From NCBI GenBank assembly GCA_963842945.1, contig CAWJIM010000023.1:448001-512000 (forward strand): a stretch of DNA of 64,000 nt. The letters are read 5' to 3'. The DNA comes from an uncultured Gemmatimonadales bacterium (lineage in GTDB: Bacteria > Gemmatimonadota > Gemmatimonadetes > Gemmatimonadales > GWC2-71-9). The notes under the pieces are model-generated. The model worked only from the letters and a program-made list of their open reading frames with translations, was not told the DNA's origin and did not search any database. A program made the position numbers and the translations under genes. Shown here in pieces: positions 1 to 10,345 of the stretch (positions are counted from its first letter, which is position 1; the number at the start of each line of letters is the position of its first letter).

Positions 1-60
1 TACGTGCTGAACTGTCCCACGTACGCCATCAGCGTGCGTCCGGAAGACTCAGCGGCCTGA
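1..60 (+). CDS. Possible C-terminal end of a gene entering from the left (ferredoxin-like CP..AI tail)
   Basis: Frame +1 reads YVLNCPTYAISVRPEDSAA* and converges on the GT4 stop. Only 19 codons are visible. Confidence 0.3.
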   Translation, partial: YVLNCPTYAISVRPEDSAA

Positions 61-1227
61 CCGGCCACATTCCTGTCCGATAGCACCGACATCGGCAGCC
101 ACCCGATCCCAATTGTAGTAACTCTCCACCGCCTGCCGGCCCGCGGCCCCCAAGGCCGAAGCCTTCTGGGGGTTGTCCAGAAGCTGCCGCACGGCTGCCG
201 CGATGCCCGCCGGTTGTTCGGGATCGACCAAGATTCCCGTCTCTCCATGGCGCACGGCATCGGAAACACCACCGCTGTTCCCGGCGATCACTGGTATCCC
301 GGAGGCCGAGGCCTCGACCAGTGAAATTCCGAACCCTTCTACTCGCTCATCCAGCAGGCGGGACAAGCCCAGATAGACTTCCGCGCAATTATATAGCGCC
401 GGCAGATCGGCATCGGGCACTGGGGTGAGAAACCGGGTCCGATCGGCGACTCCGAGTGACCGACTGAGCCTCTCCAGAGTCGCCAGATAGTCTCCCGAAC
501 CGATCACCGCGTAGCCGAGGTCGGGGTATTGGGGCGCGAGCTGTGCCAGAACTTGTAGGCCGGTATCGATTCCCTTATGCCGGGTGAGCCGCGCCACCGA
601 GATCAGCCAGCGGCGCTGCTCCAGCCCGTAGCGCCGGCGGACGTCGGACGAATCGATGCCGGGATGAAAGACCACCGGGTCCGCACCGAGAGGGACGGTA
701 CGAACCCGATCATTTCCTGCAACCCCGAGTTGCTCCAGCACAGCCCGACAAAGCGCTGCGGTCCAGGAGCTATTCGCCACAAGAACCGAAGCCGACTGAA
801 CCAGGCCACGCGCCGTCCGGCGCTTGACCATCGAACGCTCGATTTGCCGGCGCAGGATGAGCAGATCGCCGCCGTGGAGGAAGACTCCATATGGAATTCC
901 GGTGCGCATCCTGGTCCAACGGGCGGGATACGCCGCCGGCTTGAGATTTCCGCACCAGATGAACTCGGGAGAGAGTCGTCGAGCAAGCGTCTCGACTCTC
1001 CGAGACCAGCGCCAGGTACCCTGCAGTGTCCGGAGGCGAGCCGCGGGAATGGGCAGCCGGTCAATCGGGCTCCGGAGCAGCCGGTCGGTCTCCTCGCTGC
1101 CGGGATACTGACCGGTCGAGACGACGAGCGAGCCCGGTGGACTGCGCCGGGCCAGCTCGCCCATCCAGCGGGCGATGCCTCCTCCCATCGGAGGGAAGTC
1201 ATGAACGAGAAGGAGCTGCTCGGACAT
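49..1227 (-). CDS. Glycosyltransferase family 4 (PimB-like)
   Basis: N-terminal HDFPPMGGGIARW, central RLTRHKGID, C-terminal EGFGISLVEASASGIPV motif. Start placed at MSEQLL. Confidence 0.92.
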   Translation of the reverse strand: MSEQLLLVHDFPPMGGGIARWMGELARRSPPGSLVVSTGQYPGSEETDRLLRSPIDRLPIPAARLRTLQGTWRWSRRVETLARRLSPEFIWCGNLKPAAYPARWTRMRTGIPYGVFLHGGDLLILRRQIERSMVKRRTARGLVQSASVLVANSSWTAALCRAVLEQLGVAGNDRVRTVPLGADPVVFHPGIDSSDVRRRYGLEQRRWLISVARLTRHKGIDTGLQVLAQLAPQYPDLGYAVIGSGDYLATLERLSRSLGVADRTRFLTPVPDADLPALYNCAEVYLGLSRLLDERVEGFGISLVEASASGIPVIAGNSGGVSDAVRHGETGILVDPEQPAGIAAAVRQLLDNPQKASALGAAGRQAVESYYNWDRVAADVGAIGQECGRSGR

Positions 1228-2308
1228 GGCCTGAGGCCTGCTCAATCGCCTCGGCATAAGATTGCTGCATCTGGCGCAGCGAGAATTTCCGGGCTCGCTC
1301 CTGAGCGGCCTGGCCGAGGGTTCGTCGCCGAGAAGGATTGGACATGAGACTCCGGAGGGCGGCCGCATAACCGTCGGGATCGTTCGTCGGAATCAGCACC
1401 CCCGCATCACCCAGTACCTCAGGCACTGCACCGCCGCCGACGGCAATTACTGGGCACCCGCACGACATCGCCTCGAGCACGCTCAAACCGAAGGTTTCGA
1501 TCTCGCAGGCGTGAACGAAGAGGGTTGCGGCGGAATAGGCACCGGGCAAAAGATCGGTTTCCACCAGCCCCAGGAACCGCGCATTGACGTGGAGCGCGGT
1601 CGCCTGAGCGCGCAGCCTATCTTCCAGAGGACCCCCGCCGCAGATGACGAGCAACGGAGCCTCGGGCCCGAGGCGGCGCATCACCTCGAAAAGAAACTCG
1701 TAGCGCTTGTCGGCGGTGAGCGATCCGACCGCGAGCACGAAACCCTGAGGCGCCAGATCGTAGCGGCGGCAAAACTCCCGAGCCCTCACCTGGTCCGGCT
1801 GAAACGCGCGATCCACCCCTTCGGGGATGACTTGGTAGGGTCGCCTCCGCAGATACGCTGCCCGGCTCAGAGCTTGTTGCGCGTTGCTCTCACTGACGAA
1901 GACGGTGAGCTGAACGGCAAAGTAGGCCAAACGGCTCAGCAGATCTCTCGGCGGGCTTTCGCGACTGAGGTTGTATCGGTTGATCAGAGCCAGCGGGTGA
2001 ATCAGCTGTGCCAACGCTCCCAGCCGCAAATCCCTGGGTCGGTCCACAACCAGGCAGTTGGCTTGCAGCGCGCGGAGAGCCCGGGCCAGTGCTCGCGCGG
2101 CCTGAAGTCCCGTGTTCCTGGTGGGGACCCGGCTGGCTGGCAGTCCACGGCGCTCAAATTCCTGCAGAACGGGTGACTCCCCAGCGAGCATGTGAACTCG
2201 ATGCCCTCGCCCGATCAAGCCCTGGGCTATATGACAGAGACTTACTCCTGAACCGCGCCAGGCTCGCGCGGAGGTCAGAAACGCCACACTAAGGGGAGGA
2301 GGGGCCAT
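1199..2308 (-). CDS. Glycosyltransferase family 4
   Basis: ETFGLSVLEAMSCGCPV GT-B donor-binding motif; overlaps neighbours in an operon. Confidence 0.92.
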   Translation of the reverse strand: MAPPPLSVAFLTSARAWRGSGVSLCHIAQGLIGRGHRVHMLAGESPVLQEFERRGLPASRVPTRNTGLQAARALARALRALQANCLVVDRPRDLRLGALAQLIHPLALINRYNLSRESPPRDLLSRLAYFAVQLTVFVSESNAQQALSRAAYLRRRPYQVIPEGVDRAFQPDQVRAREFCRRYDLAPQGFVLAVGSLTADKRYEFLFEVMRRLGPEAPLLVICGGGPLEDRLRAQATALHVNARFLGLVETDLLPGAYSAATLFVHACEIETFGLSVLEAMSCGCPVIAVGGGAVPEVLGDAGVLIPTNDPDGYAAALRSLMSNPSRRRTLGQAAQERARKFSLRQMQQSYAEAIEQASGHVRAAPSRS

Positions 2309-3065
2309 TCATCCTTGGTCGATCCAGAGCCCAGAGGTGGGCGTATTTGAGGAATGCCGTATACGCTCCCAGCGACGACGCTACCACACCCGACAACCCA
2401 TCCCGGCAGCTGCCCTGGAGGAAGTACGACCGCAGAAAACGTCCCATCGGTCGGCCGGTCAGATCCCAAACTCCGGCTCTGCGGCCGGCTTGGTAGAGAT
2501 CTTCGGCCCCCCAGCGGGCATACCGGTTCATCTTTTCCAGCTGATGCGAGAGATCTCGATAGGGAATGTGGTCCAGACATCCCGTCAAATAGCCGGTTTC
2601 CGGTACGGACTCGAGCCGCTCGTGGACCCGCTGCTCGATGTATCGCCGGTCGCGGGTAAAGAGCCGGACCACCCAGTCCTTCCCCCAATGGCCCCGGGTA
2701 ACCTCCTTACCCAGGAAAAAATTGCGGCGCCGGATCCGGTAAGCCCCATGAGACGGAGTCCCGATTACCCGGGGGATCTCCTCTCGCAGCTCCGGAGTGA
2801 TTCGCTCGTCGGCATCGACAGCCAATATCCACTTGTTTCTCGAGCGGGAGATCGCGGCGTTGCGCTGGGCGGCAATAGTCGGACCCCGCTGTACCAAGAC
2901 AACGGCACCCTGTCTTTCCGCTATGGAAACAGTAGCATCCGTCGACCCAGCATCGGCCACGATGATTTCGTCCGCCCATGCCGCGGTCCCGATGCACTCC
3001 GCGATTTGCTCTGCTTCATTGAGCGTCGGGATGATCACGGTCACCGGGACCGCGGACTGGTCCAT
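2289..3065 (-). CDS. Glycosyltransferase family 2 (WaaE/KdtX-like LPS core beta-glucosyltransferase)
   Basis: IIPTLNE, DAGSTD, DADE motif, VHE, KMNRYA and FLKYA C-terminal pattern. Confidence 0.9.
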   Translation of the reverse strand: MDQSAVPVTVIIPTLNEAEQIAECIGTAAWADEIIVADAGSTDATVSIAERQGAVVLVQRGPTIAAQRNAAISRSRNKWILAVDADERITPELREEIPRVIGTPSHGAYRIRRRNFFLGKEVTRGHWGKDWVVRLFTRDRRYIEQRVHERLESVPETGYLTGCLDHIPYRDLSHQLEKMNRYARWGAEDLYQAGRRAGVWDLTGRPMGRFLRSYFLQGSCRDGLSGVVASSLGAYTAFLKYAHLWALDRPRMNGPSSP

Positions 3066-3068
3066 GGC

Positions 3069-3833
3069 TCAAGCCGGCCTTTGAGCCACCACCATGAGCG
3101 TGCGTCCAAAGAGCAGATCGGGTGACAGCATGTGCGCAGCAATCTCCGCATTCGACTGGACCTGGAGGGGATCGGACTCCCGGCTGAGAGCCTGACGGGT
3201 GGCAGCCCGAACCAAGGGGACGGCCCACCCATGCAGCAGACCATACTTGCGAATGCGGTCGGTGGTGACCTGAACGACACTGAACCCCGTGGTGCGGAGG
3301 ATGTAGCGCAGCTCGTAATAGGTGATGAGGTGGATGTGATCGTGAATCGGGGCCTTCCGGTGCTCGTTCATCGGCTTGGTTGCGAGCGGGAAGAATCCGG
3401 TCCAGAAGTACCGCCACCGGGAGGCCAGGCCAAGGATGTTGGGGGTAGAAAGGAGGAGGCGGCCTCCGGGCCGGAGCACCCGCCAGCACTCGCGGATGAA
3501 GGCGAACTGGTCCTCCAGGTGCTCGATACCCTCGAGACACGACAGCACGTCGAAGCTGCCGTCGTCGTAGGGAAGCCGTTCCGAGAGATCGGCGAATTTG
3601 ACGGGGATCTCCGGCACCCGGAACTGCTCGGGAAAGAGATCGCACGCCTCTACCCTAAACCCGAGCTCCCGAATCCGGCGGGCAAACGCGCCGCTTCCCG
3701 CCGCCATATCCAACACCCGGCCGGCTCGGGGCCAGGCGGCAAAGATTTTCTCTGCGCGATCGTGGGTCTTATGACAGGCGTAGACCGGAAGTCGCTCGGG
3801 CGCGGTGGCCGCGGCGGGAGAAGAGATTCCCAC
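3069..3833 (-). CDS. Class I SAM-dependent methyltransferase
   Basis: VLDMAAGSG motif I, FDVLSCLEGIEH, RVLRPGG. Confidence 0.9.
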   Translation of the reverse strand: MGISSPAAATAPERLPVYACHKTHDRAEKIFAAWPRAGRVLDMAAGSGAFARRIRELGFRVEACDLFPEQFRVPEIPVKFADLSERLPYDDGSFDVLSCLEGIEHLEDQFAFIRECWRVLRPGGRLLLSTPNILGLASRWRYFWTGFFPLATKPMNEHRKAPIHDHIHLITYYELRYILRTTGFSVVQVTTDRIRKYGLLHGWAVPLVRAATRQALSRESDPLQVQSNAEIAAHMLSPDLLFGRTLMVVAQRPA

Positions 3834-3835
3834 GG

Positions 3836-4717
3836 TCAGACGAGTTTGTAATTGCGGAACTCGAAGACCCGCGCGCCCGTCAGACGCTCGATGGCGTCTG
3901 ATGCATAGAAACGCAGATGTTCGGCCCGGAAGTGGGGCGGCTCAACCCGGCGCTCGGGATCGTGACGCCGGGCATCGACCCACCGCCGCGCCACTGCAGG
4001 GTGGGTCCCGCGAAACGATCGAAGGCCGGGAAACCAGGGCAATAATGGCCGTCCGGCCTCACGATCCTTGGACCAAGGGTAGAGAACCTGGCTGGCTTCC
4101 CGCTTTGATCTGAGCGCCTGGGCCGGTCGGGCCCAGCCGTAGTGGAACATCTCCGCATTGGTAAGGCGGGCCCGGATCTTTCGATGGTTGGGCCCTACCC
4201 GAAAACCCTGCGCGCCCTGATAGGGCCGAATATCCAGCGCTGGGTCGAGCCGTACCGCCCGGACCTCACGCCGGTACCACCGGCGGTTGAGCGCGATGGT
4301 ATCCAGATCTCCGTAGAAGTGCAGGTACCTCACCAGGAGCCCTTCCACTCTGCCGTCCCGATCGTGTTCCTCTATTGCACGAGCCAGGCGCTCGGCACCC
4401 GATTCGTGGAGAACTTCGTCAGCCTGGATGTAGATGCCCCATGGGTGCCGGCACGCGCGCATGGCGCGCAGGGTCTCATCGCCGAGCACCTTGTTCTTGA
4501 TTGTCATGTCCCACTCGGTTTCCAAAATCCGGATCCGGGGATCGCCGATCGATTGGACCAGGGCAAGGGTGTCGTCATCCGAGCGGCCGACGTTGACCAC
4601 CACCTCATCACAAATCGGCAGCAGCGATCGAATGCTCGCCTCCAGAGGAAAGTCGAGCCTGATAGCGTTCCTGACGATGGTAAATCCTGACAGCTTGGCC
4701 ACGCGGCGCCTCGTCAC
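3836..4717 (-). CDS. Glycosyltransferase family 2-like protein
   Basis: LSGFTIVRNA, SDDDT, IQADE, FHYGWAR motifs. Start uncertain (GTG 4717 or 4702). Confidence 0.85.
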   Translation of the reverse strand: MTRRRVAKLSGFTIVRNAIRLDFPLEASIRSLLPICDEVVVNVGRSDDDTLALVQSIGDPRIRILETEWDMTIKNKVLGDETLRAMRACRHPWGIYIQADEVLHESGAERLARAIEEHDRDGRVEGLLVRYLHFYGDLDTIALNRRWYRREVRAVRLDPALDIRPYQGAQGFRVGPNHRKIRARLTNAEMFHYGWARPAQALRSKREASQVLYPWSKDREAGRPLLPWFPGLRSFRGTHPAVARRWVDARRHDPERRVEPPHFRAEHLRFYASDAIERLTGARVFEFRNYKLV

Positions 4718-4778
4718 TGCGGGTTCTGTCGCACGGTGCACCAATTTCGCCGCAGAGCTGTGCCGGAGCAACGGCTCT

Positions 4779-5861
4779 TCAGTGGTCGAGAACGGCTCTG
4801 TACAATGCGGCGGTTCGCTGGATGGTTCGGGATAGGGAGTACTTCTCGCGGGCTGTCGTCCGGGCTGCCTCGGCCATCTGCCTGACCTCGCGCGGGGTGG
4901 CCAGGAGCAGCTCGATGGCGCGGGCCCATTCAGCGGGATCCTCCGCCGGTACCAGTCTGCCGTCGGCCCCGTCGGTTATCACGTCGAGATTGCCCGTGGC
5001 CGCGGACGCGATCACGGGCTTCCCTAGCGCCATCGCCTCGAGCAGCGCCTGGGATAGGCCTTCGGAGCGGGAGGGCAGCAGCACCAGCTCGAGCAAGTCG
5101 TAGAGCGGCCGGACCTCAGGGGTAAAGGGCACACAGACGACCGCGTGGGGCCCCGGGACTGTCCGGGCTTCGCGGCCGATCTCGCTCGCCGGGTCCACCC
5201 CGGCAAGCACCAGCCGCACCGGCGTTGCAACCCGCTCGAGAGCCCGGAGCACAACCATCTGGTCCTTGGGCCGCGCCACTATCCCGATCGTTCGGCGGGA
5301 AGGCTCCCAAGCAATGCGTTCACGCCACCAGGCCAGGGCCTCCTCCGAGACCTGAACATCGATCCGCTCGGTGATCACACCGTTGGGAATGACCACCAGC
5401 TTGCGACGAGGGGTTCCTCGCCGCACCAGCGCCTCCCCCACGGCTCGGCTTACGGCGACCATGCGAGCAGCCGCTTTGCTGGTGACCCAGTTGGCGACAA
5501 ACAGCGTCTGCGGCATCTGCCTGCGGGTGGCGACAAACGGGGTGCGAAGGCGGCCGGTCAGCGCCAGCAGGGTAAGGGCCTGACGGTCTCTGGCACTCTG
5601 CGAGTTGATCAGGTCTACCGGGTGGGCCTTCAACAGCTCAGCGAGCTTGTCGGCGTTGCTCCAGGCCCGCCTGGGCTCGAGCAACAGTGGATGCACTTCC
5701 AATCCACCGGCCCGGGCCAGACGCTCGACCTCGGAATGGGGCGGGCAGACGAAGCGGATACCGAAGCCCGCCTGCGCGAGACCCAGACTCAGATGCAGCG
5801 TCGAGGCAACCGAGCCGGCCCCACCCCCCTGATGCAGCACCTGCATGATCGTGGTCGTCAC
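4779..5861 (-). CDS. Glycosyltransferase family 4
   Basis: PSRSEGLSQALLEAMALGKPV motif. Start trimmed to avoid overlap with the divergent gene. Confidence 0.9.
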   Translation of the reverse strand: MTTTIMQVLHQGGGAGSVASTLHLSLGLAQAGFGIRFVCPPHSEVERLARAGGLEVHPLLLEPRRAWSNADKLAELLKAHPVDLINSQSARDRQALTLLALTGRLRTPFVATRRQMPQTLFVANWVTSKAAARMVAVSRAVGEALVRRGTPRRKLVVIPNGVITERIDVQVSEEALAWWRERIAWEPSRRTIGIVARPKDQMVVLRALERVATPVRLVLAGVDPASEIGREARTVPGPHAVVCVPFTPEVRPLYDLLELVLLPSRSEGLSQALLEAMALGKPVIASAATGNLDVITDGADGRLVPAEDPAEWARAIELLLATPREVRQMAEAARTTAREKYSLSRTIQRTAALYRAVLDH

Positions 5862-5908
5862 ACCGGTCGAATGGCGAGGGCTGAGGGCCACCAGTACATT
5901 GCCGCCGC

Positions 5909-6848
5909 ATGCACGTCGCCCTGTACGTTCATAGTCTACTGCCAGCTCGGGGATACGGCGGTACACAGCGAGTCGTGGTCTGGCTGGCGCGCGGCCTGGC
6001 CGAGCTGGGCCATCGGGTCACCCTGTTGGCGCTCGGTGGCTCGCGAGTGCCCGAGGCTCAACTGGTTCCGCTGGATCCGAAGCAGCTGAGGAGCCGCGAC
6101 TACGATATCTCTCCTCAGGTTCCTGAGTCGGCCGACATCCTGCACGCCCACACTCCCCTGATCAGGCCATCGACGCAGCCCTACGTCTTCACCCTTCATG
6201 GCAACCTCCGCGAGGGAGTGACGCCACCTCACAATTCGATCTTTCTCAGCGCGAGCCACGCCCGGCGTCATGGAAGAACTGCTTTCGTATACAACGGAGT
6301 GGATCCGGCCGATTACCTCGTCCAGTCAAGCAAGGAGTCCTACGATCTGTTTCTCGGCCGGCTGCACAGCGTGAAAGGTTACCGCTGGGCCATCGAGGGC
6401 GCCAAGCGATCCGGCAAGCGGCTGGTCATCGCCGGTGGGTGGAGACCCAGTCTCCGGCCATCCCTCCGATTTGCGGGATCGGTCGATGGCCAGCGCAAGG
6501 CGGCCCTGCTCGCCCGCGCCGAGTGCCTGTGGATGCCGGCGCTTTGGGACGAACCGTTCGGCCTCACGCTGGTGGAGGCACTGGCAAGTGGCACCCCCGT
6601 GCTGGGAACGAGGCGCGGCGCGCTCCCGGAAGTGATATCGCCCGAGGTGGGAGCCTTGGGAGACACACTGGAGGACCTGGTTCGGCTCAGATCAACGATC
6701 GGAGAATGCCGGCCTGATGCGTGCCGCGCGAGGGTGGAACGCTGGTTTACCCAACCGGAGAATGGCTGAGGAATACGTCCGCATGTACCAGCATTACCTC
6801 AAGACCGGCAGCCTTCCTCCGGGGAGGGGCACAGAGGAGCCGGGCTAA
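5909..6848 (+). CDS. Glycosyltransferase family 4, +1 indel near 6753
   Basis: GYGGTQRVV and EPFGLTLVEALASGTP motifs. Removing one base after WFT gives the typical C-terminal helix HRRMAEEYVRMYQHY, ending at TAA 6848. Confidence 0.85.
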
Positions 6849-8677
6849 AGCTCCGCGGCGACGGCGGGCTCTTCGTCGCGGAACTGAAGGTCATAGAGCC
6901 GGCGATAGAGTCCGCCGGTTTGCAGCAGCTTTTCGTGAGTCCCTCGTTCCATCAGCCGCCCCGCATCCAGCACCACGATCTCATCGGCATCACGGACAGT
7001 GGCCAGCCGGTGGGCGATCACCAGGACCGTGCGATGGTGCATCAGCCGTTCAATGGCCTGCTGTACCAATCGCTCCGATTCGGTGTCCAGTGCGCTGGTA
7101 GCTTCATCCAGAATCAGAATTGGAGGATCGCGCAGGAGCGCGCGGGCGATAGCAATCCGCTGCCGTTGGCCGCCCGATAGTCGGGTTCCTCGTTCCCCCA
7201 GCAGGGTGTCATAGCCATTGGGCAGCGCTGCAATGAACCCGGCAGCGTTTGCCGCCTTTGCCGCCGCCTCAACCTGCTCGCGGGTAGCGCCGGGGGAGCC
7301 GAATGCGATGTTCGCCAGAACGGTGTCGTTGAGCAGTACCGCCTCTTGACTCACCACTCCCATAAGAGCCCGCAGTGAGCGCCGGGTCAGCTTGGTAAGC
7401 GGCACACCATCCATCAGAATCTGACCCGAGGTGGGGTCGTGAAACCGGGGAAGCAGATCGGCGGCTGTGGTCTTGCCTGCCCCGGACGGGCCGACCAGAG
7501 CCACGATTTTGCCTCGCGGCATTCGGAAGGAGACCTCGTTCAGTACCAGGTCTCCGCTGCCATACCTGAATGACACGTTGTCGAACACAATCTCACGCTC
7601 GAATTTGGCCGTTTCCTCCCCGGGCACCTCCAGCTCGGCTGGGGGTTGATCCAGCAGGTCGAATACCCGCTCGGCGCTGGCCAGGGTCACCGCCATGGCG
7701 GCCGGGAAAGAGGCGATCGTCTTAAGCGGAGAGGAGAGCTTCAGCGCGGCCATCAGGAATACGATGATCGCCTCAGGCGCGAGTGCGGACTGCAATCCCA
7801 CCAGGCCGGGCTTGGTTCCTGCCCAGATAATCAGAATGACCAGAAACCCGGAGAAGATCTCGGTCAGCGGGCTGGTGAGAGAAGAGAAGCGTTGGGTCCG
7901 GATGACCCGCTTGCGGTACCGCTCGGCCTGGGCGCGGAACCGGGAGCTCTCCCGTTGCTCTTCACCGTACGCCCGGATCAGCCGGATAGCACCCAGCCGC
8001 TCGGTGATCGTGGCGGTAATCTCCCCCCTTTCCCGCGCCCGAGCCTGGGCGTGGCCCCTGAGCCGCCGAAGCAGTATCTGCAGCCCGAGCACTAACAGCG
8101 GAACGAAGGCGAGTGTCAGGATGGTGAGCCGGATCGAAATCTGGCTCAGGATGAAAAGCGTGGTCGCCACCACCACGAGATTCTGAAACAGCGACAGCAG
8201 CGAAGCCGTGATGACGGTCTTGGTCTGGTCCACCTCAGTGATCATCGAGGAAATGAGCTGACCCGCCCGGGTCCGCTGGAAGAAATCCATCTCCAGGGTC
8301 AGCAGATGGGAGAACAGGCGCGACCTCACGTCGCGCACCAGCCCTTCCTGCGCTCGCACCGAGATTTGAGACGAGGCATAGCTCAGGACGTTTTTCAGCA
8401 GAAGTCCCAAAGCCAGGAGCACCACCAACCGGCCTGCTGCCTGGCCCGGGCCGACTCCGGCCACCATCGGCTCGACCAGCTTGTCCATCAGCTCTTCCAA
8501 CCGGGTGGAGCCGGGACGGAGCTGACCGGCGGTGCCGAACAGGTGTTTGAGGAGAGGGATCAGGACAACGAGCGTGAATCCATCGAGCAGCGAGGCCAAC
8601 GAGGTAGTGACCAGCCCCAGGGCGAGGAGAGTTCGGTAGGGTCGGACCAGCCGGAGGAGCCGGAGCTCGGTGCGCAC
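6845..8677 (-). CDS. msbA: MsbA-like ABC exporter (TMD+NBD), lipid A/lipid-linked glycan flippase family
   Basis: N-terminal TM segments, GPSGAGKT, LSGGQRQ, ILDEATSALD; located in an LPS cluster. Confidence 0.85.
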   Translation of the reverse strand: MRTELRLLRLVRPYRTLLALGLVTTSLASLLDGFTLVVLIPLLKHLFGTAGQLRPGSTRLEELMDKLVEPMVAGVGPGQAAGRLVVLLALGLLLKNVLSYASSQISVRAQEGLVRDVRSRLFSHLLTLEMDFFQRTRAGQLISSMITEVDQTKTVITASLLSLFQNLVVVATTLFILSQISIRLTILTLAFVPLLVLGLQILLRRLRGHAQARARERGEITATITERLGAIRLIRAYGEEQRESSRFRAQAERYRKRVIRTQRFSSLTSPLTEIFSGFLVILIIWAGTKPGLVGLQSALAPEAIIVFLMAALKLSSPLKTIASFPAAMAVTLASAERVFDLLDQPPAELEVPGEETAKFEREIVFDNVSFRYGSGDLVLNEVSFRMPRGKIVALVGPSGAGKTTAADLLPRFHDPTSGQILMDGVPLTKLTRRSLRALMGVVSQEAVLLNDTVLANIAFGSPGATREQVEAAAKAANAAGFIAALPNGYDTLLGERGTRLSGGQRQRIAIARALLRDPPILILDEATSALDTESERLVQQAIERLMHHRTVLVIAHRLATVRDADEIVVLDAGRLMERGTHEKLLQTGGLYRRLYDLQFRDEEPAVAAEL

Positions 8678-8679
8678 GC

Positions 8680-10245
8680 CTAGCCCTGTCGCGGAGTCAG
8701 CAGGGCGATCGGTAGGACAACTTCTTCCGGCGAAACGCCGCCATGGAGAAATGCGCCCCGGTATCGCGCCTGATACTCGCGGAGCTTGGTCGGGTACACG
8801 AAGAAACGATCGCCGGTGGCTAGCAGGAGCCGCGTGCCAGGCGACCTCGTCGGCAGCCCAAAGCTGGACAGATCCTCCACCACGACTGCCGACTCTGGAT
8901 CCTGAGCCCGGAGATCTTCACCGAACTTGTATCTCAAATTCGAGGTCGTGTCGCGCTTGGCAAACACCGTGGCCGGCGTATGGCAGTGAATCGACCCATG
9001 GTCGGTGGTCAGCAGAACGGGCACCGCTCGCCGCTCCGCTTCCCGGAGCGCGTCCCACAGCGGGGAGCGCTCGAACCAGGTGCGGGTCAGGTTGCGCAGC
9101 GCCGGCGTGTCCCGCGCCACCTCGAACAGGGTGGAATTCTCGGTCCGTCCATGGGTGAGCTGGTCGATGAAGTTGAACACCAGCGCGGTGACGCCCTCCT
9201 TCGCCAGGTGGGCCGGGAGGCGCTTGAGCAGGCCTTCGCCATCCGCTGCGGTGAAGACCTTCTCGTAGTGGATGGGGACCGAACGGCCGGTGAGCTCGCG
9301 CATGTGCTCGCTCAGCAGCTCGGCTTCATGGGCGTTGAGACTGGCGTCCTCGCGGTCGTTCCACCAGTGGGGATAGCGGGCCTTGATCTCTGCCGGAAAG
9401 AGTCCGCTAAAGATGGCGTTGCGGGCAAAAGGCGTAGCGGTGGGCAGAATCGAAAAATAGTGCGCCGTCTCGATGTCAAACCGCGCGCTGATCAGCGGAC
9501 GTATCATTGCCCACTGGTCCAGCCGGAGGCAGTCCACTACTACCAGCATGGCCCGGCCGTGGAGGTCCAGTATCGGACGGAGAAACTCCGCTCCGATATC
9601 CACCGAGAGCGGAGGACGGTCGCTCCCCTCCTCGCGCAGCCAGTTGGCGTAGTTTCGCTGCAGGTACCGCGCGAAATCCTGGCGGAGACTCTCCTGCAGA
9701 GTCCGCAACGCGTCCTGCAGCCCAGGCTCGTCCGCCTGACCGAGCCGGACTTCCCACTCGGCCAGCTCCACCACCAGCTCCACCCACTCGCGCCAGGCCA
9801 GGGGCCCGCCGCGCCGTGCCTCCAATTCACGAAAACGGGTAGCGAAGTCGCGGGAGAGCCGCTGCTGCCGGATGCGATCGCCCTCCAGCAACCGGGTGAC
9901 CACTGAAAGAATCTGCCGGGGGTTCACCGGCTTGATCAGATAGTCGGAGATCTCCGCGCCAATGGCGTCCTTGAGGGTGTCGGGCTCTTCGCTCTTGGTC
10001 ACCATCACCACGGGCATGCCGTGGTCGATAGCCCGGATGGCCTGAAACAGATCGAGCCCACGCCGGCCCGGCATCTGCTCATCCAACAGCACCACGCCAT
10101 AGGGCTGCCGCTGGAGCAAAACCAGCGCGTCGTCACCATGCGTGCTGGTCTCGACCGCGAATCCCTGCTCTTCCAGAAACATGATGTGTGACGTGAGGCT
10201 TTCGACCTCGTCGTCCACCCAGAGAATACTTTTTGGACGGGGCAT
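8680..10245 (-). CDS. PorX-like response regulator (REC + PglZ/alkaline-phosphatase-fold domain)
   Basis: ILWVDDE, LLDEQMPG, MVTKSEE receiver; VVDCLRLDQW, LPTATPFARNAIFSG, IDQLTH, TTDHG, HGGVS metal-binding motifs. Confidence 0.9.
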   Translation of the reverse strand: MPRPKSILWVDDEVESLTSHIMFLEEQGFAVETSTHGDDALVLLQRQPYGVVLLDEQMPGRRGLDLFQAIRAIDHGMPVVMVTKSEEPDTLKDAIGAEISDYLIKPVNPRQILSVVTRLLEGDRIRQQRLSRDFATRFRELEARRGGPLAWREWVELVVELAEWEVRLGQADEPGLQDALRTLQESLRQDFARYLQRNYANWLREEGSDRPPLSVDIGAEFLRPILDLHGRAMLVVVDCLRLDQWAMIRPLISARFDIETAHYFSILPTATPFARNAIFSGLFPAEIKARYPHWWNDREDASLNAHEAELLSEHMRELTGRSVPIHYEKVFTAADGEGLLKRLPAHLAKEGVTALVFNFIDQLTHGRTENSTLFEVARDTPALRNLTRTWFERSPLWDALREAERRAVPVLLTTDHGSIHCHTPATVFAKRDTTSNLRYKFGEDLRAQDPESAVVVEDLSSFGLPTRSPGTRLLLATGDRFFVYPTKLREYQARYRGAFLHGGVSPEEVVLPIALLTPRQG

Positions 10246-10263
10246 GTCGTAAACTAAAGGCGG

Positions 10264-10332
10264 AAACGCTGAACGGTGAAGGGTGAACCGACCGGGAGCT
10301 TCAATTCACCGTTTACCGTTTACCGTTCACGC
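10264..10332. repeat. Tandem heptamer inverted-repeat element (GAACGGT-like x3-4 / TTTACCG-like x4)
   Basis: aaacgct gaacggt gaagggt gaac ... ttcaccg tttaccg tttaccg ttcacgc, between divergent genes. Confidence 0.8.
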
Positions 10333-10345
10333 AGTACCTTGACGC

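Noticed and set aside
8680..10245. PglZ domain as part of a BREX/Pgl phage defence system
   Set aside because: It is fused to a receiver domain (PorX architecture), and no brxC, pglX or brxL genes are in the window.
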